The position numbers and the translations under genes were made by a program. Source: Botryllus schlosseri (Eukaryota). Taken from it: DNA of 64,000 bases. Below are positions 1 to 12,980 of the stretch, one piece after another (the first letter of the stretch is position 1; the number at the start of each line of letters is the position of its first letter). The notes beneath the pieces are model-generated. The model was given only the letters and a program-made list of their open reading frames with translations. It was not told the DNA's origin and made no database searches. Location of the stretch: the NCBI GenBank assembly GCA_051294905.1, contig CM119372.1, forward strand, positions 2,606,001-2,670,000, written 5' to 3'.

Positions 1-138
1 ATCGAAAGAAACAATGTCAATTTTCATATTTTGTTGACTATTTTGGGTCCGTTTCATTGCGCTGGTATTCGTGCGGCCCCGACCGTACTCTGAAATTCTA
101 AATTTGGCCCTGACACCGAAAAAGGTTGGGAGCCACTG
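1..138. mobile_element. Right end of a Charlie-like hAT MITE (cut by the window edge)
   Basis: Ends AAAAGGTTGGGAGCCACTG, with GGCCC subterminal motifs, followed by CTCTAAAC (resembles the NTCTAGAN target). Confidence 0.65.
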
Positions 139-311
139 CTCTAAACAGTCTGTGGCTGTAAAAAATGTTACAGTAGTTTAAAAAAAAAAATAGAAAAAAA
201 ATTGAACGATGAGCGCGAAAAATTTGTTTAATTCATGATTGAATCGGTCAATATGATCGAGAATTTCATATGTATTGCTATCAATTTTTATCCTCACTCT
301 GCTCGCGTAAT

Positions 312-996
312 CAGATTTACCGGTATGAAGCCGAGGGAGGTGTGTTTGGAAAGGTAGGGCCCCTCAATAATAATTAAACATCTTCGGGCAGGCGGACCCG
401 TTGGTATGACTTCGTTCCATGATGTTATTTCGTAACCTCAGCAATATCAAAAAATGAAGAATCGCATAAACGTACTAAACTGAAAGACGCACACGATTTC
501 AAATTGGTATTTCGTCACCGGCATATAATTTTTCCGTGCGGAATGGTATTTGTCTTGTGAGGTTCAGATTGCCAAGACAGGAACATGCGTCGCCAGTCAT
601 TTAGGCGCTAATGGACAAATAAACCTATATGTATCAGCATAAGCGCGGTCCTTTTCGGCCAAGGTTTTCTCGCTGCCGATCGTTCTGGCACACCTCTTGG
701 GGTCACATGCTTCATTGCCTAAAACTTTATATCTTGGTGCATCGTGGCGCGGTAATGGCCAACGCCGATATGCCTATTTCTATAAATCTTGCGTATTTTT
801 TCTTGGGTGAAGAATACTCAATAATAAAGATATCTGGCAACTCGAAATCGCGCCGCGCGCGAAAATTTTTTGAAAAAGTTGCATAAATTTTCAAAAAATA
901 CTCTATAATTTATACTAATTCAGGATATAATTTCGGGCCCCCTTCGAGCTCGCCCTCCCCAATTGGGGGGTTTGGGGTGCGGCAGTTACGGTCCTG
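312..996. mobile_element. Degenerate non-autonomous DNA transposon (family N)
   Basis: End TTGGGGTGCGGCAGTTACGGTCCTG and internal motifs recur at ~10715-11364 inside element H. Confidence 0.5.
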
Positions 997-2520
997 TCGT
1001 TGACTACATATCAATTGCCCACATGCGGTAATCAATGGTGTATAGGCCTACTGATATATTCAGATTTGTTGGTACATCATTGGTTTTGATTGGTTGATTG
1101 GTTTGATCCGTCGATACGACTACGTCCGATGATAATCCCAAGTTTCTTCAGCCGATGTCCCCCGTAGTTTAAAAGTTCACCCGGAGTACAGCGGCGTAGC
1201 CAGTATGGTCCAAGAAGACCCAAAATTCATTTGAATATGAAACAACGCTATTGAGCTCGTCTAGTACTTGATTAGAACGCAGTATTAATCCCCGAAATGC
1301 AATTACCGCCCCTCCAAAAATTTTCGTTAGGGCTATACGTATTCGCAATGGTTCCAGAAGTTCCTAAAATGCCATAAATTATTTGGACGATTGGAAACTG
1401 CTATCGATCTCATTTAGTTCTTCGCCAGTACGTGGTAGTAGTTATCGGAATCCAATTGCATCTCTCCAAATATTTTCGTTTTGGCTGTGACGCGACCGCC
1501 TGGACATGGCGTATTCGGTGATCACACAGCATGTAAGGTTTTTACTCACGGGTTGCGGAAGCCATCCGCAAATTCCGGCCTGTATGTCTGCTAATCCAAA
1601 GTATGCTGTAGACTCTATAGTGTAGAGTGTAGATAGTCAGAAAGAATTTATTAGACGCATGTTCACTGTCCAGTGATAAATCAACACACATGTGATGCTT
1701 GAGAATTGCGACTATAAGTTACGGATAAGACTGAGTGCAAGCATTTTTGCCTGCGCTCGAAACTCGGCCCTGCTGGTGCTACTACTCCTGCACGAAGGAT
1801 TTAGAAATTCAACACCATTCCTGTACCAACGACTTGTACTGGACATCGTCTCTGCTCACTGACAAACGGCTTCAACAGCATAAGCCGCCTAGATCTTATC
1901 CCAATAATTACTAATACCCGCGCGGCAAATTTTTCTTGATTACTGTGGCGCCTGTACTGGAATGTGATTTTCACAACGACTTCTCACCTTGAGAATGACT
2001 TTCGACCGTGTCACCGGAGTGAGATTTATATTTACATTTCCATCTATAAATCTAGTTGCAAAAAGCAGATTTTTGCAATGATATAGGCTATTGATATATT
2101 GAAAGCATGGTGAGACAAAATCATTTTTCACATATACAATACGAATACACACTTGAACATTGAACATAAATCATTATACACGGATACAGGTAGGCCTACC
2201 ACGTAACCTCCTTGCGTGGAAGCACATAAACAGACATGGCTAGGCAAACCATACCTGAAGAAATAAACGCAGTCAGTGTTGTATATAAACCGCTATTTTC
2301 TACCTTTCGTTCACTAGGATCTCCAGGATTTCCTCGCGGCTGACCCCTAGCTGAAGCTAGAGAGTCAGGGTCAAACTCATCAGTGCATAGGCAAACTTAC
2401 CAGGAATCGACCATGCTGTCAACCGCTATTCTACCTTCTATAGTTCGTTAGATATCTAACGATTGGAATATTTTCCATATGGGAGTGTCATGAGCTTGCA
2501 ACTTAGTATCAAGACTAGAA

Positions 2521-4680
2521 TAGAGTTACCATATTTCTGTTTCTTAAATTACGGACACTCTTTAGCGCCCACTGGTGGGCTTTATGATGATGCATGAACA
2601 GCGAACACATTGTGAGTAAATATGACGTCACACTAGAAAAACTTCGCCTACCGACTGTATACAGCAGTGGTCGGGAACCTATGGCTCGCGAGCCATATAT
2701 GGCTATTTTGGGTATAAGATATGGCTCTTTGTCAAATATTTATTTTTGTACTGAATTGATTAATATTGCAGCGACTTGTTGGTAAATTTTCATCACGGTC
2801 AGAATAATTATTCTTGTGGCAGTATAAACATGCCTTTGAGAGGTAAAGACAACGCCGTCTTCAGGTTTACGGGCTCGGACTCCCTCTTTTCAAAATCATC
2901 AAATTTAAGTCACTGTCACGCCGGCGGCCAATATCACTCGCGAATTCTATGTACCCGACTCGAAATCTTGAATTGTGCGTTACGTTGATTAATCAAAGAG
3001 CATAGCAGACATGGTGACGCTCATTTCAAAACGCATCTCAAATACACATTGTCTTCCTGATCTACGGCGCGAAATGAACTGTTGTGGATGAGAAATTCAC
3101 AATTAAAAACAACGCCATAGCTATCCACGTTCTTGATTGGTAAGTATAGCTCTGTGTAGTACCGACTATAAAATTTATGCGTGTAGCGCAACGTTATATT
3201 ACCGCCGAATACTTTAAGAATTGAGAAGTCGACAAGTATTTAGATTTTTGGAATCGGTGTGACAGTCACATTCGATCAATATCGGTTATAGTAAATTCCA
3301 AGCTACTTACGATGAATTGCGTTAATAATGTTGAGGCTGTGCTTTAACTCTCGTTTTGAGCTTTATTTTCGAACAATAAATTCCAGTTTTTACAAAGAAA
3401 TTATGGCGCACACGAAGAATCCCATGTAGTGAGTTCGAATTAGTGCTACAATGACGTCACGAATATTCAATTGTGACGTAACAGTTGATTGACATGTATG
3501 GCTCTTTGGGAGTTGAGATGGAAAAAATAGGGACAATATGGCTCTTTGGACAAAAAAGATTCCCGACCACTGGTATACAGGAATGGAGTGGAACAATGGT
3601 TCTGAATTGGGCCATCTTTAATGTGAGCTCTAGAGATTGCTTGGGTCTGCGACAGATTTCTTCACGGGCCGGATGGAATTGTCTGGTGGACTTTATCCTG
3701 TCGGCTGGTCGTGTGTTTGGCAGCCCTGCTTTCCTGTTAGGTCGGTGCGGTCATCCGGTTGTTGGTTGTAACTAGGTCTGAAACAATATTTCATTTTCAG
3801 TCCCCTTCCGCCCAAAAAGTACTGATCTTTGGCCTGCGATATGGTAATTGAGGCAACTTCTTGGGGGCTTACTATAATGCGTCTGCTTGGTAGTTAAATT
3901 TTTTGAATGAATTCTGTCAATTCTATTGGTCATTCCATATATTACTATAAAATGCACCATCAGGTTGCATATCCTGTGGTTTCCAACCTTTTATTGTGGC
4001 GACCCGCGACCTTATTTTCAATTTTAAAATATTCCTTGGTCCGGCTAAAAAATTCTTAGAATGATTACTAAAAAAAGGTCAGCTTGCCCAGAATTACTCA
4101 CGGCCTATTTTGGGAACTAAGAACGTCCAACATCTTCGCGATCCCCAAAATAACGGCAAAAGACTCCCGGGTTTACAAAAACTGTTTCTGACTAAAGCAT
4201 CCAAACGGCCTCAATCCACTCTAGGAATATACCGTTATCTTATAATTGCAATTACAATGCGACTTATTTCCGTAAACTATTGTTCTTTTATTTATTTCGA
4301 TTGTATGTTTTGCAAGGGCGGTACGTGGTATCCATATTAATACCAATATACGTTGCACCAAATCAAATACCATAAATCTGCTTAAAAATATTATTGTTTC
4401 GATTGATTTACGAAAAACATTTCGAGCTTACGTCAAGCCTTTAAAAATCCGGACATTTACAGATATTTTAGAATTTCCTCCGGGACGCAGTTTTTGCAGT
4501 GAAATTCCGTACATGTCCGAGAAATTCACTGTTCAAACTTTGTCTGGGAGGAAATTCTACAACATGCCTTAATGTCCGGAATTTTGAAGGCTTGAAGTAG
4601 GCTAGGCTCATAATTTTTTTCTTAAATCAACATATACAATATTATTTTTGGTAAATTTATGCTACTAAAATTTTTTTCGC
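2521..4680. mobile_element. hAT-type MITE family B copy, interrupted by family A and ending in a fold-back inversion
   Basis: Starts TAGAGTTACCATA and is colinear with 7296-8622. The right TIR is missing and is replaced by an inverted B subterminal segment (4514-4680). Confidence 0.75.
2665..3572. mobile_element. hAT (Charlie-like) MITE family A
   Basis: TIR CAGTGGTCGGGAA; perfect 8-bp TSD GTATACAG; homologous copies at 31079 and 61134. Confidence 0.93.
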
Positions 4681-5159
4681 CTGAACTGCTGTTTTGTTTT
4701 GCCAGACAACATGGTTGCGTCACAATGCCAAACTCGATCACAATGGATAATGCCAGGCTGGTTTTGGGGGTTCCAGGGCTAGGAGCTGAATAAAATTTAT
4801 ATTTTCGTAATCAGTACAGCAGCAGCTTTCCATTGATATCCGTTTTATCAAAATTAGTGTTTGGCAAGCCTGTCAAAAATGGCGGTAAAATTCCATTTGG
4901 TGAAATGGGCAGTATGAAGTATCCCAAATGCAGCAAGCCGTTAATCTCGCTGTGTCCATACCATTTAGATCACTATGATAAAACCATATGTAACCTAGTA
5001 TATTTTCTCTTGACATACAGCCCTCTGCAGACATACACACATACTAAACCAGTTTTATGCTTTCTATCCCACAACCTTAGGTGTGAACGTCATTGAAGGG
5101 CGACAAGGGTTATAATTCATCTGCCCCAATTTCTCCTGAACCCGGTTTGCTGTTCGAAA

Positions 5160-6680
5160 CAGAGATGCCACTGGGATATTTCGGAAAAACCCAGATGTGG
5201 ATGCTAAATAAACCCAGAAAAACCTAGATCAGGGCCGGCCAACCCGTGGCCCGCGGGCCACATGTGGCCCACGAGATGGTTTTGAGTGGCCCGCGAGGTA
5301 ATTTCCAAAATTAGCAATATTATCAATAATGTAGTGCTCATATTGTGAACTTGCAAGGACAACCAAAAATTTGAATAGTCTGGCCGCAACACTTGAGATG
5401 TAATGACTAAAATATCAGTTCCGACGCATTGGCATATCCATGAGCCAGTCACATTTTGGTAGATCTTCGTACACTACAATAAAGCAGAATAATTTGCGAT
5501 AGATTTATCAAAAGAAAAAATTTTCTACACGCTTCGCACAACATGTTGTCACTCGATTTCTTGCTTTTAATATTGTTACCCTTTTGTGAAAATGAAAGAA
5601 CGCCTAATTTATCAGATTGAGTCTAACTATATTCGCTATTACGAGACAAAAGTGTCGTTCAAAATATGCGACCTTGCGTTTGCGCTCGCAGAAAGATCGT
5701 CTACTTTGCAACCTAGGCACAAAATGATTTGTTGCTGTTGGTCGAAGCTTTCGAAATTGATAAGTCCAGTCGCCGAATAGTCCGTTACTTGCAAACTGAG
5801 AGCCCAGCGATATACAGCAGGCCCGCAATATAGTCAAGAGACAATATTATTGAGCTATGAACTTGGAAAAATTCTCGTGCTTCGCGTGGGTAGTGGCCCG
5901 CGGAATAGTTCGTCAATCGAATGTGGCCCTTTAGCTGAAAAGGTTGGCCACCCCTGACCTAGATCCTATATTTCACTCAAATTCCTATGTGGAAACTGAA
6001 AAAATGGAAACTGACTGTTGTTAATTACAGTCATATTGACATAGAACCAAGTTCTAGCCATAGATATTGAAACTGCAACAGTTCATATTATACATTTTGC
6101 TCGGTTAACAATGCAAGTATAAAATAGATGTGTTGTTTTCCTTTTGACGCATTGCTAGGAAAATAATTGGTGCGCGTTGCTCCGAAAGCTCCAGTGAGAA
6201 ATAAAATTATTACTTTGCAAGTGGACGTTAAATAAACTGTGAAAGCAACCAAGATCTTATTTTATTTATTCATACTAGCTGTCAAGTATTGAAGCGACAT
6301 AAATTGTAAAAACACGGTTCTGAATTCCGATGAGTTGCCCTTGAACATGACTTTCTGCGAGCTGGAAGTTGTATACAATAAAGCTCCATCACATCACGGC
6401 CTTTCATTTAAGTAGTGAAACCATTTCTCAAGACTCTGCCGTTACAATGTAGCAAAATTCCCCGACAATGCAGCAATCAAGCAGTCAATCGACAACTGAA
6501 ACTCATGCATTTTTTGACATTATGATCTTACTAATCTAATATAATTGATTTTTGAACATAAAATTAACGTGGCGAATATGATGTTGAAAAAACCTAGATT
6601 TCAAGGACAAATACCTAGAAACCCAGGTGATGCTCTAAAAACCCAGATCTGGGTGGAAAACCTCAGGAGTGGCATGTCTG
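5160..6680. mobile_element. hAT-type MITE family D (hosts element C)
   Basis: TIR CAGA(G/C)ATGCCACT; TSD GTTCGAAA/GTTCAAAA; subterminal AAACC(C/T)AGA repeats. Confidence 0.85.
5230..5956. mobile_element. hAT (Charlie-like) MITE family C nested in D
   Basis: Termini CAGGGCCGGCCAACC / GGTTGGCCACCCCTG; perfect TSD ACCTAGAT; GTGGCCCGC subterminal motifs. Confidence 0.92.
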
Positions 6681-6939
6681 GTTCAAAACGGTAAGAAATC
6701 ACCGTAACGTAGCAACGTAGCACCGTACGCGCCACAACCGTACTTCCGATGGTCTGACAAAAGTTCAGACAATATTTCCTAGTCAGCGAATACTTGGTTA
6801 TTTTAGGTGATACCAGCGTGTACTTAAAGGTGGTGTGGACGCTCGAAAATTCACGTGACCGTCACACCCAGATGCCTTTGGTCACTTTGTTATTGTACAA
6901 TGTACATCCGTCTGCAGCAGTAATTAAAGGCAAAGTCGC

Positions 6940-7275
6940 TATTGGTCTTTGTTGATTTTGACTGTGTTCCATATCGAGATGGGTGGCAGGATTTAGCATG
7001 GTATTTTTGATGCTGTCATCTAACTTTGCACCGAGTTTCAAAGCTGTAACTCAATGATTAGCGTAGTAATTTCTCTGTCGAAGTCGAGTATCTGATAGAT
7101 CAGCGCGCACCAATATATTGCTGACTTCGATAACGGAATTAGCAAGCTAATCATTGACTGACAATCCTGAAACTTACCACGAAGTTTGATGACACAACCA
7201 AGATGTACCATGCCAAATCCCGTCATCCATCTCGGTATGGAACACTTTCAAAATTCACATATACCAATATCGATT
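6940..7275. repeat. Imperfect palindrome built from the ~210-bp unit also found at 8850-9470
   Basis: GTGTTCCATATCGAGATGG (~6964) is mirrored by CCATCTCGGTATGGAACAC (~7227); centre near 7097. Confidence 0.7.
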
Positions 7276-7295
7276 TAGCGAATAATCATCTATGC

Positions 7296-8622
7296 TAGGG
7301 TTACCATATTTGAGGAGGACAAATTCCGGACGCTCATTAGCGCCCACTAGCGAATTTCAAAACGATGTATTAGCACACTGTCGATCAATATGACGTCACA
7401 CTAGCAAAGCTTTGTCTATCGACTAGAGGTGGTCACGATCCGGTTCAGGAGTATGTGGTTGTGTGTTAGAAGTTGTAACCAGCGCCGAAGTCACATTTTT
7501 TCAGCCCCTCCCGCCCAAATAAATACTGTTCTTGGTCTCACCGAAGGGTAATCTATGCAACTTCCGGGAGCTTTCAATAATATTGGTTCTTCCATATACT
7601 ACTATATCATTTTGATGATAGTGTAATGGTGATGCGTCCGGCTTCTCGATCGGTAGGTCGTGGGTTCGATCCCCGGCCGGGTCATACCAAAGACTTGAAA
7701 ATTGGTATCCGCAGCTATCGTGCTAGGCGCTCAGCAATCACGGATAGCATGGAGGAGAAAATAAACGGGAGCGCAGACTAGGTGATCTCACGGTCGTATC
7801 GCAACTCCGTCGTCAAAGCATCTCGAAGGTGCAGGCGATAAAAATATCATCTCTTTCTCTCTCTCTCCGCCCACGTGATCAGAGTTAGCGGAAAATCTGG
7901 TGGATGGTAATGACTTCGAGAATGCAAGGAGCGTGATTGTACATCGCTAAGTCATGTTCATCTCACACCGATACGATTATTTATCAGCCTAATGACGGTG
8001 CGCACTGCACCACTGAGCTATGTAAACACCGCACATCCGGTGGTTTGCAACCTTTTATGGCCGCGACTCCATTTCCATTTTGAAAATGTTCCGTGGCCCA
8101 GCTCAAAATTTGATGAGTTGATTATTAATGAAACGGCGGCACATTTGCCCAAACTTGCTCCCGGCCTATTTTGGAAGTTGATTACGTTCAACATCTTCGC
8201 GAGCTCCAGAATAAAGGCAAACTACCCCCAGGTTTAGAACCACTATCGTTGAATAAAGCATCCAAACGGCGTATACCGACTCTATGAATATACCGTTGTC
8301 TCGTAAATGCGATTACAATTAGACTTATTTTTCTAAATGAATGTTATTTTATTTATTTTTGATCGCAATTTTTGCGAGGGTGGTAGTCCCCATAATAAAA
8401 CCAATATATATGATACAAAATCGCGCGCAGCGCGAAGAAAAATTTCATGTAGCATAAATCTGCCCAAAAATAATATTGTTTATGATGTTGATTTCGGGGA
8501 ATATTATGAGCTTACTTCAAAATACCGGACATTTAGGCCTATTTTAGAAATTCCTCCCGGACGCAGTTTTAACAGTGAAATTCCGGACATGTCCGGGAAA
8601 TTCCGGACGTATGGCAACCCTA
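7296..8622. mobile_element. hAT-type MITE family B (complete; contains a SINE)
   Basis: TIR TAGGGTT(A/G)CCATA; perfect TSD ATCTATGC; TTCCGGAC subterminal motifs. Confidence 0.92.
7617..7867 (+). mobile_element. tRNA-derived SINE family S1 (MetaSINE-like core, (CT)n tail)
   Basis: A box TAGTGTAATGG, B box GGTTCGATCCC, core GGTCATACCAAAGACT..AAATTGGTATCC..GCGCTCAGCA; copies at 33703 and 60029. Confidence 0.88.
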
Positions 8623-8849
8623 ATCTATGCGGTATAGCCGGTATAGGCTCACACACTTGAAACTTGATACAGTGTTAGATGTCATCATGAAGATATATAA
8701 TAAGACATATTTTTTATCCATCGCCGTATACAAGGTAATACAGCACAATCAAAATCTTCACATACCCATACCCATACTGTATTTCGCCAATAATCTGTTA
8801 TTCGGTAGGCTGTATTCCAGATGAATGCATCTTACACAGAACCAATTTT

Positions 8850-9470
8850 TAAGGCTGTGACTCGGTGATTACGATGTATTTTCGTGATCAAAGTCGATTT
8901 TATCATGGTGCGCGCTGATCTGGCATCCGGCCTATCGCGTGACAGATTTTTCACAAAAGCCGGAATTGGTATATGTCGACTTTGAATATGTTTTATACCG
9001 TGATGGATAACAAAATTTAGTAGGATATGTCTTGATGAAAGCAGCTAACACTGTACAGAGTTTCAAGGCCGTGACTCAATGATTACGGTAGCAATTTCAA
9101 AGTCGAATATGTCAGGGTGCGCGCTGATCTGGCATTCAGCCCACCGCATAGCAGATTTTTCGCAAAAGTCAGTGTTGGTATGTGTAGCTTTTTAATGAAT
9201 TTTATACGCCAATGGATAACGAAATTTTGTCTTATATTTCGTGATGAAAAAATCTAACACTGTACGAAGTTTCAAGTCTGTGACTCATTAGTTACAGTTG
9301 TAACTGCGTTATAAAAGTCGAGTATGCCAAGGTCTGCATGCGCTGATGTGGCATTGAGCCTACCTAATACAGGATTCCGCAAAATTCGATATTGGTATAT
9401 GTGGATTTTAAAAGTGTTCCATACCGAGATGGATGACGGAATTCGGTATGGTATAATTTGGTCATCAGCA
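8850..9470. repeat. Three diverged tandem units of ~210 bp
   Basis: Units start at ~8850, 9065 and 9274 (AAG.C.GTGACTC...GCGCTGAT.TGGCAT...TTGGTAT.TGT...ATGGAT.AC). Confidence 0.8.
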
Positions 9471-9670
9471 GTCACTACTTATTTCGGATTTTTGTTAATA
9501 ATTTTTTGTTTCCATCTACATTTACAAGTAAGGTGTCAAGAGATTCCGAAAAATATAATCTTTCCATAGTTTTATTCTTTCCATGTCGTCTACGGCGATA
9601 AATTGCTATCAACAGTAGCTAGAACCAGCCGTACTCATACACCTGCGAGACAATTCGTACTAGTTGTAAC

Positions 9671-11698
9671 CAGACATGGGGTAATCGCGATTAGTAATCG
9701 TAATCGATTACGACGATTACAGCATTTTCAAGTAATCGTAATCGCAATCGATTACATTCGAAAAAATCCCGAAGTAATCGTAATCGTAATCGACTACTTC
9801 CCATATGTAATCGATTTCTTTGTGAAATAACGATTACTTTTTATTTGTACAAGGACTGTGACATAAACTGAATACTCGTGAACAAGGAAGAGGTATTATA
9901 CCAGTTATTGAGAGCGTAAACGTCTGATTTTCAAATGCTACTGGTCATTATTACGTCAGAGGTAGCCTATTAGCTTTGCTCGTCTTTGCGTACGAAGCGT
10001 CCACACATAGTAAATAGATATTCGATGTACATTAGTGTGATTGTAAGAAAACCCACCGTGCTGTATATCGGGTTATCAATACATTTTAGACACCACTACC
10101 TCGCAACAGGATAATTAATCACCCCTCTGCCTAAGTTAAAATAGCAACTTTTGTATTGATGTTTGGTTCTGCTTAGTTAAACTATAGAATGTAATAGTTC
10201 TAATTCTGTAGTTAAATTCAGTGTCACCGTGCTGCTTGGCGAGCAGTAGGCCTAGATGGTACGAACGTACACCAGACAAAGGTTTGAAATTTTGTAATCG
10301 TCAAATAAAACATTACGGTTTCCACAACAAAGCATTATAATCAACAGCTGCTGATATATATCATAACCGAGCCGTTGTTTTGCCGTTTTCGTAATGGCAG
10401 CTTGCAATACATTATCTTCATTGAGTTGAAGGCAGAATTTTGTGTTCACTGTCTCGTATTCTCATATTATTTTACTCAAAACGGGCGCCAATCGCTATCT
10501 CACAATTCTTTATTGAACATTCGGACCTGCCGCCATAGCCATCGGCTTATATACCATGGTAGCGTGGGTTGTAACTAGAATCAGGATCAAAACAGCAAAA
10601 GTTTCACCCACCCAAACATTGGTCTTGGGCCCCCATAGAGTAGTCGATTTTGAAGTTGTCAATAGTATTGGTAATTGCATTATATTGCGTTTTTAATCCT
10701 ATCTCAGCGCCCGATGGCCAGATTTACCTGAAGAGCAGGGGGCGCGTAATTCATAATTATATCATCTGGTATCTTGGAATAATTACTTTATTGTATGTTG
10801 TTAATTCGTGACCTCCGGTCTGTTATATAGCCAAATGATTGTAGTGACCCAAACATAGCAGAATAAAAGAAAAACTTGCGTGAGACGCACACACAAATTG
10901 TCATGTCTAATGCTCTGTGGGTGGCCAGATGGCATTTGCATCGTGGGCTCATATTGAAAGGAATAGACTGTTTGTCACACCCACCCAGCGCGGCTATTGA
11001 CAATGGACACATACCCTAAGTTTCGGCCAATGTCTTTCTTTGGTCGCACACTTCGTGGAGTCTCATGTTGGCCGAAACTGCACATGTCTTTTGATGTGTC
11101 GAGTAGTGGTATTGACTGGCACCTATAAATGCCTATTACTATGAATTATACAAGCTTTATTTCATGAGCGGGAGAAGTATGCATTTTGAAATCAAGCTAT
11201 CTAGAGACAGTTAAATCGCAAAGCTCAAAGAGAATTTCCAAGTTAATGAAATCTATCGAAAATACTCTTATAATTTATGTTGGTTTACGAAATAGTTTTG
11301 AGTACCCTCCAACCACGCTCCCCACCCTATTGGGAAATTTGGGGTGCGGCAGTTATGGACCTGGCAAGAATGCAAAACGTTGTGTGCGATAAACCGTCCT
11401 CTATCAAATGGGCAATGGTACATTATGATGTAACAAGGAAATGTCCCATCTTTTGTGCAGACAGTTGTTATATCATTAGGCCCATTCAGCGTCATCAATG
11501 TATTGTCTTCCAATATAGCTACTACGATGCAAAATGTATGTAATCGTGAGTAATCGTGATTACTTTTCCAATGTAATCGTAATCGTAATCGACTACTTCC
11601 TGATTTTGCTGTAATCGTAATCGTAATCCTAATCGCGTGATTCAGAAGTAATCGTAATCGCAATCGATTACATTCATGAAGTAATCACCCCATGTCTG
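9671..11698. mobile_element. hAT-type non-autonomous element family H with GTAATC subterminal arrays
   Basis: TIR CAGACATGGGGT; perfect TSD GTTGTAAC; GTAATC/GATTAC arrays at both ends. Confidence 0.92.
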
Positions 11699-12199
11699 GT
11701 TGTAACTGCGTTATACGTGAAGTGAAGTAGGCACTCAAAAGAAGATACACGCCGGCAAGGCAAGTACGTAAGTCTAACGCCCCGGTAGTCTCGTTGTTGT
11801 GTTATTACCCTTTTACATGCTTGGATGGTGATGGTGACACGCTTGGAGTCAGTCTGAGCGGGAAACCGTGTGGCTAGAGATAACTGTTCGTGAGTGTGTG
11901 GTTTGCGGATGAAGAAGTAGTGAAGTATAGGAATAGGTATGTGGAAGACAAGGCTACCGCGGTGTGTGCACAGAGTTTTGTGGGTGTCGTATGGGTGTAG
12001 TAGGTTGTATAGTTTTGTGTCAGTGGCTTTTTGAAATATCTCATGTTTATGTGATTGTGTGAATAAAATATAAAACCGCACGGACTCATGACATCAAGAT
12101 CTTGAACAGAGCTATATACAACAACGTTCCTGTTAGGTCTCAGTACGCCGTATCATGAACGCTACACAAGCAACCTGGAGTTAGATTACTCAATATTAA

Positions 12200-12980
12200 C
12201 GCTAAAAAAACAAAGGGCGCTGGCGATTTTGAAGGGGGCGGAAACGCTCGGGGGGCGATATGGGGGGCGCTAGGATCAGGGGGCAATATGGGGGGCGCTG
12301 AAGAAAAATGGCTTCGCCGTAGGTTTTTGTTTGTTTTCTTCACAACATTGGCGTTTATCGCCTATATGGTTATTTGCGCCCAGCACATTAATTGCAATAA
12401 CACAATGTCTTTTTGCGCTCTTGCTTCGTTTTTCTGGTCTTTAGCAAGTGAAGAAATACCAATTTTGAATCGTGTGCTTACTTTAGTTTAATACGTTTAT
12501 GCGTTTATGGGTTTCAATATCTTTTGACTATATAGCGGACATGAGGTAACAAAATAACGGGTACGCCCGAATATGTTTAATTATTAATTACGTGGCCTAC
12601 ATTTTCCAAGACCACAGCTCACTCAGCGCTACTGGTAAATCCGATTACGTGAACTGAGAGGATAAAAAGTTTATAGCGACATATATCTGCAATTACCACC
12701 TATTCATTCATGCATTATTGAAAATTTTGGCGCCTAGGGCGACCAAGCCACACACACTTTGCTGACCATCGAAATCACGCGACGGGTTTCATGAAGTTTG
12801 GTTTATCGCGCTGTGGGTGCGCAAGACAATCGTTTTTTAGGGGGGAGCTGACGTAGCGCTGTTACGGCCCTCCTTCTTACCCATTGTCTTTATTACAGTC
12901 CTTACAATATGGGAGGGGGGGCTAGAGCACGATAATTTTTGAAAGGGGGCGCTGCAGGAAATAAAGGCTAAGAACCAATG
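12200..12980. mobile_element. Degenerate hAT-like MITE with GGGGGCGC motifs
   Basis: Clustered GGGGGCGC(T) motifs at both ends; right end AAAGGCTAAGAACCAATG resembles a Charlie TIR. No TSD found. Confidence 0.45.

Noticed and set aside
9680..11690. GTAATC arrays (and the GACTT and AAGTAG arrays) as CRISPR or telomeric repeats; ORFs such as 11268..11663
   Set aside because: No repeat-spacer periodicity; they are subterminal motifs inside TIR/TSD-bounded elements, and the ORFs are low-complexity artefacts.
11699..12125. Solo LTR (TGTAAC...AATAAA...TACAACA) and ORF 11674..12081
   Set aside because: No matching TSD or second copy, and the ORF has no recognisable motif.
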